Assembly (NCBI RefSeq): GCF_028368995.1
Contig: NZ_JAQNDL010000001.1
Coordinates: 224,001 to 288,000 of the forward strand
Direction: 5' to 3'
DNA length: 64,000 bases
Source: Nannocystis bainbridge
GTDB lineage: Bacteria; Myxococcota_A; Polyangia; Nannocystales; Nannocystaceae
This document shows positions 9,876 through 19,702 of this stretch, piece by piece; positions within the stretch are counted from its first letter, which is position 1, and the number at the start of each line of letters is the position of its first letter. The notes below the pieces were generated by a model, which did not search any database, had not been told where the DNA came from, and saw nothing but the letters and a program-made list of their open reading frames with translations. Both the position numbers and the translations under genes were made by a program.

Positions 9876-10040
9876 GGTGGCTCTCTTTACGGGCAGCGGT
9901 ACGGTCTGGATCGAGCGCAGGCATGTGCATGATCAGCGGCGCGATTGTACGCCAGCGTCGCGCGGCGCGCACCGCGGCGGTTGTCGCGGCAGCCTGCCCT
10001 TTTTTTGCCCTCCGCCGCCCGGACTCGTAGGGTCCGGCCA

Positions 10041-12236
10041 ATGTCCGCCCGTCCGTCGCTGTTCGTCTGCACCGCCCTGCTCGCGGCCCTGCTCGCGCCT
10101 CCGGCCTCCGCCAGCACTGCCACGACGGCGACGCGCGGTTCCGCACAACCGGCCGCGAAGGCCTCGCCGAGCCCACAGCGGCCGGCGCAGGCCCGGCCAG
10201 CGACGACGACCGCGACCCCGGCCAGGCCGGCCGCGGCGGCGTCGGCTGGCCGTCAGGACATGGTGAAAAAGCCAGGTGACCCGCCGACCGCGGCGCATGT
10301 GCGATCGGGCACGGCGGCGCCGGCGAACGGGACGACGAAGCCACGGGCCGATGCGGTCGACGGACGCGGACCGGCGACCAGCAAGGGCACCCGCACGAGC
10401 ACGGGCGCGGCGGGCCAGCGCGCCACGAGCACCGGACCGGCGACCCAGCGCGACGCGAGCACCGGACCGGCGAGCAAGCAGACCGCCGCGACCGCCAGCC
10501 GCGACGCCGGCCAGCGCACCGCGAGCGGCGGAACTGCGGGCAAGCAGGCCGTCATGACCGACAGCCGCGACCCGGGCCAGCGCACCACGAGCGCCGCGAA
10601 CAACCGCGCCGGCGTGATCGACGGCCGCGACGCGGCGGCGCTGCGCGAGCTGTACCGTCGCAAGCCAGTCCGCGGGGATCGGCAGGCCGAGACCCGCACG
10701 GCGGCGCGTCCGGCCCAGGGCGAGACCGCGATCCGCGGGGCGGCGCCGAGCGATCGGGCGGCCGAGACGACGGCTGCCCGCCCGGCGCGGGGCGAGCTCC
10801 ACGGCGCGACGAGCGAGGTGGAGCGCAAGAAGATCGACGCGAGCGCGCCCGGTCGACCGACCCCGGCCGTGGTCACGCGCGAGCCGATCTCCCCGGCGCC
10901 AGCGCCGGAGCCCGAGTCGGTGGTGGCCGCGAAGGCTGACTCTTCGGACATGGTCCAAAAGACCGGTTCGAAGAAGTCGCGGCGCAAGGCCGCCCAGGCC
11001 GAGGACGAGCTGCTGGCAGAAGCGTCCGGTCCGCGGCCGACGGCGGGCAGCAGCTGCGCGGCCGGCCTCGGCGCCGCGCCGGCGCTGCAGTTCGACCGCA
11101 CGCGGGCGTCGCTGCGCGAGTTCTCGTGGGCCGACATGGCCTACTTCTTCGAGACCGCGGCCGACGAGGCGGAGCCCCAGTCGCGCCAGGTCAGCGGCGC
11201 GGGCGTGCTGGCGACCGACGAGGCGATCCGGCGCTCGGGCCTGCCGCGGCGGCCGCTCGAGGCGGTGGCCCAGGCGCAGGCGGTCGACCTGCTGACCGAG
11301 CGCGAGCTGGTGCGCATCGACAAGGCGCTCGCCGGGGCCAGCCCGGCCGCGCTGGGGACGCTGCTGCGCGCCGACTCGCCGACCCTGCGCGCGCACGTGT
11401 GGACGTGGCTGGCGACCACGCCGGCCGGCGCGTGCGCGCTGGTCAAGCTCGACGGCCGCGAGGTCGAGGCGGCCATCCACGACCGCAGCGTGGCGGTCGA
11501 GCACGGCGAAGATCTGGTGTTCCGCCCGCTCGGCGACTACGCGCTGGCGGCTCGCTCGCGCCTGGCCGCGGCCGACCCACAGGCCTACGATCAGCTGCTG
11601 CGGACGCTGGCGGTCGACGCGGGGCTCGACCCGCGGGTGCGCGCGACGGTGGCCGGGCTGCGGGTGCGACGGGGCCACGCCGACTCGATCGAGGCCGGCC
11701 TGCGCGACCCGGTGGCGGCGATCCGCGGGGCGACCGCGGCCGCGGCGATCGACCGCGACCGCCCGCGCTACGAGGGCCGGGTGCTCGACCACGCGGCCGA
11801 CGATCCGGCCGATCTGGTGACCGAGCTGATCGTCGGCGAGCTGCTCGGCGGACCCGACGGCAAGCCGCAGGGCGAGCTCGCGCAGCGCCGCGACGAGCGG
11901 GTGATGGCGGCGCTGGCCCGCTGGAAGGGCCGCGGCGATCCGATGTCGCCCCTGCCCGTGCCGTCGCAGCCGCTGCGGTTCCAGGCGCCCAACAAGAAGA
12001 TGGAGTCCGCGCCCGCCCCCGCCCCGGCGCCGATGATCGCGGCGACGCCGGTCGAGCCCGCGGTGGTGCCCGAGGCGCCCGCGCCCGCGCAGGCCAGGCC
12101 CGCCGCCGAAGAGTCGATCGAGGCCCCGCGCCCGCTGGCGCACACGCCGACCCGCCGCGAGCCCGAGCCGGCGGCGAGCGGCCCGCAGCTGCCGAGCGTG
12201 CTCGACGACCCGACCGGGACGTCGCTGCGGCCCTGA
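10041..12236 (+). CDS. Secreted hypothetical protein: low-complexity repeat N-terminus, HEAT-like helical region, Pro-rich tail
   Basis: Signal peptide LFVCTALLAALLAPPASA; A/T/G/Q-rich repeats; HEAT-like segments GLRDPVAAIRGATAAA and AADDPADLV. Confidence 0.6.
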   Translation: MSARPSLFVCTALLAALLAPPASASTATTATRGSAQPAAKASPSPQRPAQARPATTTATPARPAAAASAGRQDMVKKPGDPPTAAHVRSGTAAPANGTTKPRADAVDGRGPATSKGTRTSTGAAGQRATSTGPATQRDASTGPASKQTAATASRDAGQRTASGGTAGKQAVMTDSRDPGQRTTSAANNRAGVIDGRDAAALRELYRRKPVRGDRQAETRTAARPAQGETAIRGAAPSDRAAETTAARPARGELHGATSEVERKKIDASAPGRPTPAVVTREPISPAPAPEPESVVAAKADSSDMVQKTGSKKSRRKAAQAEDELLAEASGPRPTAGSSCAAGLGAAPALQFDRTRASLREFSWADMAYFFETAADEAEPQSRQVSGAGVLATDEAIRRSGLPRRPLEAVAQAQAVDLLTERELVRIDKALAGASPAALGTLLRADSPTLRAHVWTWLATTPAGACALVKLDGREVEAAIHDRSVAVEHGEDLVFRPLGDYALAARSRLAAADPQAYDQLLRTLAVDAGLDPRVRATVAGLRVRRGHADSIEAGLRDPVAAIRGATAAAAIDRDRPRYEGRVLDHAADDPADLVTELIVGELLGGPDGKPQGELAQRRDERVMAALARWKGRGDPMSPLPVPSQPLRFQAPNKKMESAPAPAPAPMIAATPVEPAVVPEAPAPAQARPAAEESIEAPRPLAHTPTRREPEPAASGPQLPSVLDDPTGTSLRP

Positions 12237-12237
12237 G

Positions 12238-12326
12238 TGTCCCCTGAGACATGTCGAAAAGGCCATGCTCTTCGGAGCATGGCCTTTTTTACATGTCGTA
12301 TCGGACATGCCCCCGAAGACATGTCC
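12238..12326. repeat. Phased array of six 14-bp TG-N10-CA units between convergent genes
   Basis: CATG at 12250, 12264, 12278, 12292, 12306, 12320 (exact 14-bp period). Confidence 0.92.
12257..12290. terminator. Probable bidirectional intrinsic terminator embedded in the 14-bp array
   Basis: AAAAGGCCATGCTC-TTCG-GAGCATGGCCTTTTTT: perfect stem, C(UUCG)G loop, A and T tracts on either side, between convergent stops at 12236 and 12338. Confidence 0.8.
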
Positions 12327-12337
12327 CTCTCGCCGCC

Positions 12338-15300
12338 TCAGAAGCTGCGGGCGATCAGGGCCCGAAAGTAGTTGACGTCGCCGCGCCCGGCGAAGCCGTG
12401 GGCGTAGGTGAAGAACAGGTCGATGGTCTCGCGGTAGCCGATGCGGAAGCTGAACACGAGCGACATGCCGAGGCTCCAGCGCAGCGCGTCGCGGCTGAGG
12501 CGTTCGGTCCAGGCCATGCCGACGTCGGCGAACGGGATCGTCGTCAGGCGGCGCAGGTACAGCGGCAGCGAGCTCATGCCGCGCTCGACGTCGACCAGCG
12601 GGATCCGGTACTCGCTGTTGAGCACCGCGTAGTAGTCGCCGGGCAGCGAGCGCCAGGCGAAGCCGCGCAGGAAGCCGGCCTCGCCGAACGCCTCGCGGCG
12701 GAGGAACGACTGGATGACGTCGGGCTGGTCGCGCAGGCCGCCGAGGCGGAACCCGCCGAGGCGCCCGAGGCCGCCCGCCGAGGCCCCGCCGCCGATCCGC
12801 AGCGCCAGCACCTGGTGGCCGCGCCACGGCATCCGGATCCGCTCGGTGTAGGCGGCGCCGACCTGGATGTCGCCGTACTGGCCGCCCAGGTGCGGATCGA
12901 CGACCGACAGGCGCACGCTCGCGGCCCGCCCGGTCTCCTCCTGGTAGCCGTGGCGGACGCTGCGGAGGTTGCTGTAGCGCAGCTCGAGGTCGACGCGGCC
13001 GAGGTCGCCGGCGGCCGGCGGGGTGGTCGCGGGGGCGTTGGGGTCGAGCCGCTCGCGGTCGCGGTCGAGGTCGCGGAAGCGGGTGAACACGTAGTCGAGG
13101 CTGGCGCTGGCGTTGTGGATCGCGTGGCGCACGATGGGCACGTCGATGCCGGCGCGCACCGACGTCTGGCGCTCGCGGTAGCCCTTCTGCGCGTAGGGCT
13201 GGAAGCTGCCGTCGGCCGAGATGTTGTCGTAGCTGTAGCGCTGGGTGCTGTCGTGGATGCGGAAGTCGCGGCGGAATCCGAAGCGGAAGGTCGGCACCAG
13301 GCGGGCGAAGGTGTACTCGACCGAGCCGGTCGGCTGCTGGTGATCGACGAACTGGCGGAACACGCCGGTGAGGCGGTGGTAGCCGACGACGTCGGCGATC
13401 TCGAGCTTGGCCCCGAGCTCCAGGCCCTGGCCGGCGCCGCCGAAGTCGAGCGAGGCCGGGGCGATGGCCCGCGGGAACATGGTGCGGATCGGCTTGTAGC
13501 GGCTGCTGCGGGCGCTGGCCGGGCGCCCGCGATCCTCGGGCAACGGCGGGTCGGGCTCGTCGGCCACGGGCAGGTCGTCGACCGTCGGCAGCGGCTCGAG
13601 GAAGTTCGAGGGGTCGAACTTCATGACCCACAGGTCGTAGCCGGTCGAGCTCGCGCCGATGTAGGCGATCCGCGTGCCGTCGTGGCTGACGACCGGGTCA
13701 AAGGCGGCGCCGAGCACGTTGGTGACCTGGTGGGTGCGGCCGGTAGCGAGGTCGATCGCGTAGACGTTGAGGACGTGGTCGCGGTCGGACGTGAAGAGCA
13801 GCCAGCGACCGTCGGGCGAGTACGCGGGGGTGGTGTCGATCCAGCGGTCGGCGGTCACCCGCGTGTGCGTGCCGGCCTCGCGGTCGTAGACGTAGAGGTC
13901 GCGATAACCGCCGGCGCGGTGCATCGAGTAGGCGACCTTGCGCCCGTCGGGCGACCAGCGCGGGGTGTAGACCTGCTGCGTGCGCTCGACCGGCGCGACC
14001 TCGGTGACCTCGCGGGTGTGCAGGTCGAGGAAGGCCAGGCGCGACTGGGCGACGTCGTTGCGCACGAACACGACAGTGCGGCCGTCGGGCGCGACCTGGG
14101 CGTCGCGGGCGCGCAGACCGAAGGTCAGCTGCTCGGTGTCGGCCGGGCCCTGGCGGGCGTTCGGGGCCCCGGGCTGGCCGTGCCACAGGTAGAGGTCGTT
14201 CCAGGCGTAGCGCAGGTCGTGCAGCGACCATTGCTCGAAGACGATGTCCTTGCCGCCAGGGAGGAACGACCCGGAGGTCGCGCCCTGGACCTCGACGACG
14301 CGCTCGATGTCGGTGCTCTGGCCCTGGCGGCCGACGCCGACGCCCTCGCGGATCCGTCCGCCGCGGCTCGAGATCCGGCGGATGCCCGGGTTCGAGTGGC
14401 CGTCGTCGTCGTAGAAATAGATCATGCGGTCGTCGGCCGACCAGAAGGGCCGCCGCGTGAACGCGTTGCTGGCCTCCGACGCGACGGTGAAGGTGAGCCG
14501 CCGGCCCTCGCGGATGCCCCGGCCGCGGATCGCCCGCGCCTGGGCCTCGAAGCGGCGGGTCATGTGGAGCTCGAACTCCTTCCACAGCTGCTCGAACGTG
14601 ACGCCGAGGACCTTGGAGACGGCGCGGTGGATCCCGTACGGCACCGCCTGGCCGCCGTAGGTGTGGCTGAGCTCGCGCAGCTTGTCGTGGCCGTAGCGGG
14701 TGCCGATGTAGTCGACGAGGTGGAGGCCGTAGAGGTAGACGGTCGTGACGTTGGGGAAGATGGTGCCGGGCGAGGAGACGCGATCGATCGGCTGGAAGCC
14801 GTGCTCGAGCACGTGCATGCGCATCATGGTGTCGAACTGGGCCGAGCGGTGGCGGCCCTGCGAGGACAGGCGCGACTCCTCGTAGGTCGCCAGGCCCTCG
14901 ATGAACCACCGCGGCTGGGCGCCGTTGGGCGGCCACACCTTGCCGAGCACGCCGAAGCCGAGCAGCGCGTTGACCAGCCGCGGGACGCCGTGGATGGTGT
15001 CGATGTGGACGATGTGCGTGTACTCGTGGGTGAGCAGCACGTCGAGCCAGTCGTCGTAGCTCTCGAGCACCGACATCGACTCGGGCGCGGTGACGTTGGC
15101 GTTGACATGCGCGTACGGGACGACCGAGGCGCTGCCGTTGGCGGAGTCGGTGTCGTCGGTGAGGACCACCTGGGTGCGCAGGTACGGGCTGTGTCCGAGG
15201 TCGGGGGCGAGCCGCGAGTGGGCCCGCTCCATCGTCGCCGCCGCGCGCTCGGCCGCGACCTCGCTACCCTGGTAGTAGTGAATGACGAAATGCTCGGTCT

Positions 15301-15418
15301 CGAGGGTACGCCACCGCTGATCGCGGGTGCCCGCCGTCGCGACCGGGGCGAATAACGTGAGCAGCAACAGGCACCCCAACGCGAACCATCGCGCGCGGCC
15401 GGGGCGTGACGCAGACAC
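12338..15418 (-). CDS. Omp85/BamA-TamA-family outer membrane protein with N-terminal zinc-peptidase (HExxH) domain and TolB/PD40 propeller
   Basis: Signal peptide; THEYTH followed by WFIEGLATYEES; PRWSPDG, PAYSPDG and PVVSHDG repeats; barrel motifs FLRGF and FADVG; terminal Phe. Confidence 0.8.
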   Translation of the reverse strand: MSASRPGRARWFALGCLLLLTLFAPVATAGTRDQRWRTLETEHFVIHYYQGSEVAAERAAATMERAHSRLAPDLGHSPYLRTQVVLTDDTDSANGSASVVPYAHVNANVTAPESMSVLESYDDWLDVLLTHEYTHIVHIDTIHGVPRLVNALLGFGVLGKVWPPNGAQPRWFIEGLATYEESRLSSQGRHRSAQFDTMMRMHVLEHGFQPIDRVSSPGTIFPNVTTVYLYGLHLVDYIGTRYGHDKLRELSHTYGGQAVPYGIHRAVSKVLGVTFEQLWKEFELHMTRRFEAQARAIRGRGIREGRRLTFTVASEASNAFTRRPFWSADDRMIYFYDDDGHSNPGIRRISSRGGRIREGVGVGRQGQSTDIERVVEVQGATSGSFLPGGKDIVFEQWSLHDLRYAWNDLYLWHGQPGAPNARQGPADTEQLTFGLRARDAQVAPDGRTVVFVRNDVAQSRLAFLDLHTREVTEVAPVERTQQVYTPRWSPDGRKVAYSMHRAGGYRDLYVYDREAGTHTRVTADRWIDTTPAYSPDGRWLLFTSDRDHVLNVYAIDLATGRTHQVTNVLGAAFDPVVSHDGTRIAYIGASSTGYDLWVMKFDPSNFLEPLPTVDDLPVADEPDPPLPEDRGRPASARSSRYKPIRTMFPRAIAPASLDFGGAGQGLELGAKLEIADVVGYHRLTGVFRQFVDHQQPTGSVEYTFARLVPTFRFGFRRDFRIHDSTQRYSYDNISADGSFQPYAQKGYRERQTSVRAGIDVPIVRHAIHNASASLDYVFTRFRDLDRDRERLDPNAPATTPPAAGDLGRVDLELRYSNLRSVRHGYQEETGRAASVRLSVVDPHLGGQYGDIQVGAAYTERIRMPWRGHQVLALRIGGGASAGGLGRLGGFRLGGLRDQPDVIQSFLRREAFGEAGFLRGFAWRSLPGDYYAVLNSEYRIPLVDVERGMSSLPLYLRRLTTIPFADVGMAWTERLSRDALRWSLGMSLVFSFRIGYRETIDLFFTYAHGFAGRGDVNYFRALIARSF

Positions 15419-15430
15419 CCTCGAAGGATA

Positions 15431-16288
15431 TCAGGCCGACGCGCCGAGGTGCCCACGGACCAGCGTCGTGAGCGCCGCGGGCCGCTCCTCGGCGACGGCG
15501 TGGCCGCAGCCGTCGACCCACTCCAGGGCGGCGCCGCCGATGGCGTCGCGCAGGCGCTCGGCGTGGTCGCGCGGGACGATGGCGTCGCGCTCACCCCAGA
15601 TGACGAGCGTGTCACACGTGAGCGCCTTGAGCCGCGGCAACATCGCCGCCATGCGCCCGTCGTTGGCCAGCTGGGTCAACATCGCGTAGGCCGCCTCGCG
15701 CCCGCCGGTGCGCGCGAGCCGGTCCCAGTAGAGGTCGAGGTCGTCGTCGCCGAGCAGGCGCGGGTCGGCCAGCGCGCGCGCGAGGTAGTGGGCCAGAGCT
15801 GGCCTTCGGTACAGGTTCTTGAAGACATACGGGCCGAGCCCGGGCACGAGCGCCAGGCGACCCTCGAGCGGCAGCGGCATGGCGAAGCAGGTGGCGTCGA
15901 CGAGGACGAGGCGGCGCACCCGCTCGGGCGCGGCGTCGGCCAGGCAGACCGCGATCGCGCCGCCCCAGCTGTGGCCGAGCACGTCGACCTGGTCGAGGCC
16001 GAGGTGGTCGAGCAGCGCCAGGAGCACGCGCGCCATCCAGGTCGGGCTGTAGTCGGCGCAGTGCACCGGCGGCGGACGATCGCTGTCGCCGGCGCCGGGC
16101 AGGTCGGGGATCAGCAGGCGACGCGAGGTCGCCAGCTCGGGGACCAGGGCCCGGAACGCGTAGCCGTAGACCATGAGGCCGTGGATCAGCAGCAGCGGCG
16201 GGCCGGCGCCCGGACCGTCGGGGCCGAGGTCGCGGAGGTAAAGGCGGCCGAAGTCGAGCGAGACCAGCCGCGAGCGGTCGGAGATCAC
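15431..16288 (-). CDS. Alpha/beta fold hydrolase
   Basis: LLIHG, DLPGAGDS, GHSWGG nucleophile elbow, WGERD, GCGH. Confidence 0.9.
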   Translation of the reverse strand: MISDRSRLVSLDFGRLYLRDLGPDGPGAGPPLLLIHGLMVYGYAFRALVPELATSRRLLIPDLPGAGDSDRPPPVHCADYSPTWMARVLLALLDHLGLDQVDVLGHSWGGAIAVCLADAAPERVRRLVLVDATCFAMPLPLEGRLALVPGLGPYVFKNLYRRPALAHYLARALADPRLLGDDDLDLYWDRLARTGGREAAYAMLTQLANDGRMAAMLPRLKALTCDTLVIWGERDAIVPRDHAERLRDAIGGAALEWVDGCGHAVAEERPAALTTLVRGHLGASA

Positions 16289-16308
16289 GGGCCGATAGCC
16301 CGGGGCCC

Positions 16309-18132
16309 TCACGGCCCGCCCTCCCCCTCGCTGCAGCCGTGACGCAGGTGCTCGGGGAAGCGGGCGCGCATGGTCGCCAGCACCAGCTCGTCGGCCTCGC
16401 TGGCGGAGTCGACCTTGAGCACGCGCTGGGCCAGCGCCTTCATGTCGTCGGTCTTCGACGAGCGGATGATGTGCTTGATGACGGGGATGGCGCTCGGGTG
16501 CATCGACAGCTCGGCGACGCCGAGGCCGAGCAGGACCCATGTGTAGCGCGGGTCGGCGGCCATCTCGCCGCACAGGCTGACCGGCACGTTGTTGCGCGCG
16601 CCGGCCTCGGCGACCTCCTTGATGAGGCGGAGGATCGCCGGGTGCATCGGCTGGTAGAGGTACGAGACGGCCTCGTTCTCGCGGTCGATCGCCAGCGTGT
16701 ACTGGATGAGGTCGTTGGTGCCGATGCTGAGGAAATCGACGCGGCTGGCGAAGTGCTCGGCCGTCAGCGCGGCGGCCGGGGTCTCGATCATGACGCCGAT
16801 GTCGATGTCGTCGGCGTGCGCGACCCCGGCGGTGGCCAGCTGATCGCGGGCCTCCTCGATCGCGTCGAGGCCAGCGCCGAGCTCGTCGACGCCGCCGACC
16901 AGCGGCAACATGATCGCCAGCGGCCCGTGCACGCCGGCGCGCAAGAAGCCGCGCAGCTGGGAGAGGAACATGTCGCGCTCGCGCAAGGCGAGCCGCAGCG
17001 AGCGCATGCCCATCGCCGGGTTGCGCTCGTCCTCCATCTCGAGGAGCTTGGTCGGCTTGTCGGCGCCGAGGTCGAAGGTGCGAAACACCACCGTGTACGG
17101 GGCGCACCGCCGCAGGACGTGCTTCGCCATGCGGTAGTGCTCCTCCTCGCTCGGGAGGGTGTCGCGGTTCATGAACATGTACTCGCTGCGGTAGAGGCCG
17201 ACGCCCTCGGCGCCGTGGCGCAGGGCGAGGTCGAGCTCCTCCGAGATGGCGATGTTGGCCCGCACGCGCACGTGCAGGCCGTCGATCGAGACCGCCGGGA
17301 AGGCGTGCTCCTTGCGGATCTTCTGCTCGAAGGCGAGGTGGCGGTCGCGCTCGGCCTGAAAGTGGGCGACCTCCTCGGGGGTCGGCCGGACGATGATGCG
17401 CCCGCGCACCGCGTCGACGACGATGAGGTCGCCGGCGTCGACCGCCGCCAGCACGTCGTCGACGCCGACGACCGCGGGGATCTGCAGCGAGCGCGCCATG
17501 ATGGCGCTGTGCGAGGTCTTGCCGCCGACGCCGGTCACGAGGCCGGCGACCTGGCAGCGGTGCATGCGGGCAGTGTCGGCGGGGCTCAGGTCCTGGGCGA
17601 CCACCACCGAACCGGCCGGCGGATCGATCTCATCGCCGTGCTCGCCGAGCAGCGCCTGCAGGACGTTCTCGATCAGGTAGGTGAGGTCGCTGCCGCGCTC
17701 GCGGATGTAGTTGTCGTCGGCGTGGCCGAGGACCTCGAGGATCTGGTCGGTGACGGTGGTGAGCGCCCACTCGGCGTTGGCCAGGTCCTCGCGGATCAGC
17801 GTCTCGGTGCGCTGGATCAGGTCCGGGTCGCGCAGGATCATCTGCTGCGCCTTCAGGATCTGGCGGTGCTCGCCGTGCGGGAGCTTGCTCTTGACGACCT
17901 CGATCTGCTGCCGACACGCGCGCAGGGCCTCGTGCAGGCGCTCGATCTCGGATTCGACCCGGTCGCGGTCGATGTGGGTGTGGAGGACGTGGACGCGCCG
18001 ACGGTCGACGACATAAGCCGGCCCGATGCCGACCCCGGGGCTGGCGGCGGCGCCGTCGATCTCGCGGCGCAGGCCGACATCGACCTGGCGAAACAGGCCC
18101 GAGAAAGCGGCGCTCTCCGCTCCGTCGTTCAC
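16309..18132 (-). CDS. ptsI: Phosphoenolpyruvate-protein phosphotransferase (PTS enzyme I)
   Basis: GGKTSHSAIMARS (phospho-His), GVGLYRSE, MIETPAA, SIGTNDLIQY, SLCGEMA. Confidence 0.95.
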   Translation of the reverse strand: MNDGAESAAFSGLFRQVDVGLRREIDGAAASPGVGIGPAYVVDRRRVHVLHTHIDRDRVESEIERLHEALRACRQQIEVVKSKLPHGEHRQILKAQQMILRDPDLIQRTETLIREDLANAEWALTTVTDQILEVLGHADDNYIRERGSDLTYLIENVLQALLGEHGDEIDPPAGSVVVAQDLSPADTARMHRCQVAGLVTGVGGKTSHSAIMARSLQIPAVVGVDDVLAAVDAGDLIVVDAVRGRIIVRPTPEEVAHFQAERDRHLAFEQKIRKEHAFPAVSIDGLHVRVRANIAISEELDLALRHGAEGVGLYRSEYMFMNRDTLPSEEEHYRMAKHVLRRCAPYTVVFRTFDLGADKPTKLLEMEDERNPAMGMRSLRLALRERDMFLSQLRGFLRAGVHGPLAIMLPLVGGVDELGAGLDAIEEARDQLATAGVAHADDIDIGVMIETPAAALTAEHFASRVDFLSIGTNDLIQYTLAIDRENEAVSYLYQPMHPAILRLIKEVAEAGARNNVPVSLCGEMAADPRYTWVLLGLGVAELSMHPSAIPVIKHIIRSSKTDDMKALAQRVLKVDSASEADELVLATMRARFPEHLRHGCSEGEGGP

Positions 18133-18404
18133 AGCTCTCCGAACCCGCTCTTGATCAGCTTGCTCAGGGCGTCGAAGCCCGGCGTGGCGTCGGCACCCTC
18201 GACGCGAAGCATGACACGGCTGCCCTGACCGCACGCGAGCATGAGCACGCCGAGGATGCTCTTGGCGTTGACCTCGGTGCCCTCGCGCGCGATCCAGACG
18301 TCGGACTTGAACTTGTTGGCGAGGTTCACCAGCTTGCTCGCGGCCCTGGCGTGGAGACCGAGCTTGTTGACGATCTCGAACTCACCCTGCATCTGCTTGC
18401 TCAT
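18129..18404 (-). CDS. ptsH: Phosphocarrier protein HPr
   Basis: NKLGLHARAA (His15) and NAKSILGVLML (Ser46). Confidence 0.95.
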   Translation of the reverse strand: MSKQMQGEFEIVNKLGLHARAASKLVNLANKFKSDVWIAREGTEVNAKSILGVLMLACGQGSRVMLRVEGADATPGFDALSKLIKSGFGEL

Positions 18405-18829
18405 GCGGTGCTCTCCTTGGCGGGCGCGGGCGACGGGACATGGACGGCGAGGGCCCGTCGGGCGGAGTCGGCGCAAGTGCGCGCGAGCTCCTCGGGCGAC
18501 AGCTCGCTGCGGTCGAGGCTGGCGAGCTTGAGCAGGACGTTGAAGCTGAGCCCGCTGAGCACGACCGGCGGCGCGGTGGCTTCGCGGATCCCGCACGAGC
18601 ACGGGCTGGCGCCATAGGCGTCGGCGATCATGAGGACGCCGCGGCCGCGGTCCGCTGCCACGAGCGCGGCCTTGAGCCGCGTCTTGAGATCGTCGGTCTC
18701 GCCGCGACCGGCGTCGACGGCGATGACGCCCTCGAGGCCCGACTCGCCACACACACCGCGCGCGGCCTCCAGCAAGACGCTGGCGCTGCGACCATGTCCC
18801 ACGAGGACGATGCCGACCTGCTCAGGCAT
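18401..18829 (-). CDS. PTS EIIA component, mannose/fructose family
   Basis: GIVLVGHG and GVLMIADAYGASP; position between rapZ and ptsH. Confidence 0.85.
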   Translation of the reverse strand: MPEQVGIVLVGHGRSASVLLEAARGVCGESGLEGVIAVDAGRGETDDLKTRLKAALVAADRGRGVLMIADAYGASPCSCGIREATAPPVVLSGLSFNVLLKLASLDRSELSPEELARTCADSARRALAVHVPSPAPAKESTA

Positions 18830-19700
18830 GGACCGACTCCTTGGCCGCCGCTTCCGGGAGGTCGCGGTGGCGGATGATGAGCTGCGGCGGCGGCCGCGAC
18901 AGCGGTTCGCCCGCGGACAGCCGTTCAGCGAGGGCTTCCGTCAAAGCCACGGAACGATGCTGCCCGCCCGTACAGCCGAGCGCAACGGTGAGGTAAGAGC
19001 GCCCTTCGCGCACGCTGCGCGGGACGACGAAGCGCAGCAGGCCCTCGAGGTGGTCGAGCAGCGCGGTGGCGTCGCCCTGACCGAGCACGAAGGCGGCGAC
19101 CTCGGCGTCGAGGCCGGTGCGCGGGCGCAGGGCGGCGACGTCGTAGGGGTTGGCGAGGAAGCGGACGTCGAACACGAGGTCGGCGAAGCTCGGCAGGCCG
19201 GTCTTGAAGCCGAACGAGGTGAGCACGAGGTGCAGCACCGAGGCCGCGCTGTAGCGGTCGCGGATCATCTGCCGCAGCTCGCGGGCCCGCAGGCCGCCGG
19301 TGTCGATGGTGGCGGTGGTGCGGGCCCGCAGCGAGCGCAGGCCCGCGCGCTCGTCGGTGATCGCGTCGGGCAGCTCGCCGAGCGGGTGACGCCGGCGGGT
19401 CTCGGCGAAGCGACGCACGAGCACGTCGTCGGGGGCGTCGAGGAACAGGATCTCGACGCGATGCCCGGCCTGGACCAACTGCAGGTGGACGCTGGCGAAG
19501 CCGCCGAGGTGGCCGACCTCGCGCGCGTCGATGCCGACGGCGATCCGCCGCGGGGTCTCCTCGGCGGCCAGGACGTCGACGAGCTGCGGCAGGAGCAGCA
19601 CGGGGATGTTGTCGACGCAGTAGAAGCCGATGTCGGCCAGCGCCGCGAGGGCGGTCGACTTGCCCGCCCCGCTCATGCCCGTGACGACGAGCAGCTCCAC
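18822..19700 (-). CDS. rapZ: RNase adapter RapZ (YhbJ/YvcJ)
   Basis: VTGMSGAGKS, CVDNIP, ETRRRHPL, SFGFK, FDVRFLANP, GCTGGQHRSV. Confidence 0.95.
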   Translation of the reverse strand: MELLVVTGMSGAGKSTALAALADIGFYCVDNIPVLLLPQLVDVLAAEETPRRIAVGIDAREVGHLGGFASVHLQLVQAGHRVEILFLDAPDDVLVRRFAETRRRHPLGELPDAITDERAGLRSLRARTTATIDTGGLRARELRQMIRDRYSAASVLHLVLTSFGFKTGLPSFADLVFDVRFLANPYDVAALRPRTGLDAEVAAFVLGQGDATALLDHLEGLLRFVVPRSVREGRSYLTVALGCTGGQHRSVALTEALAERLSAGEPLSRPPPQLIIRHRDLPEAAAKESVHA

Positions 19701-19702
19701 GA

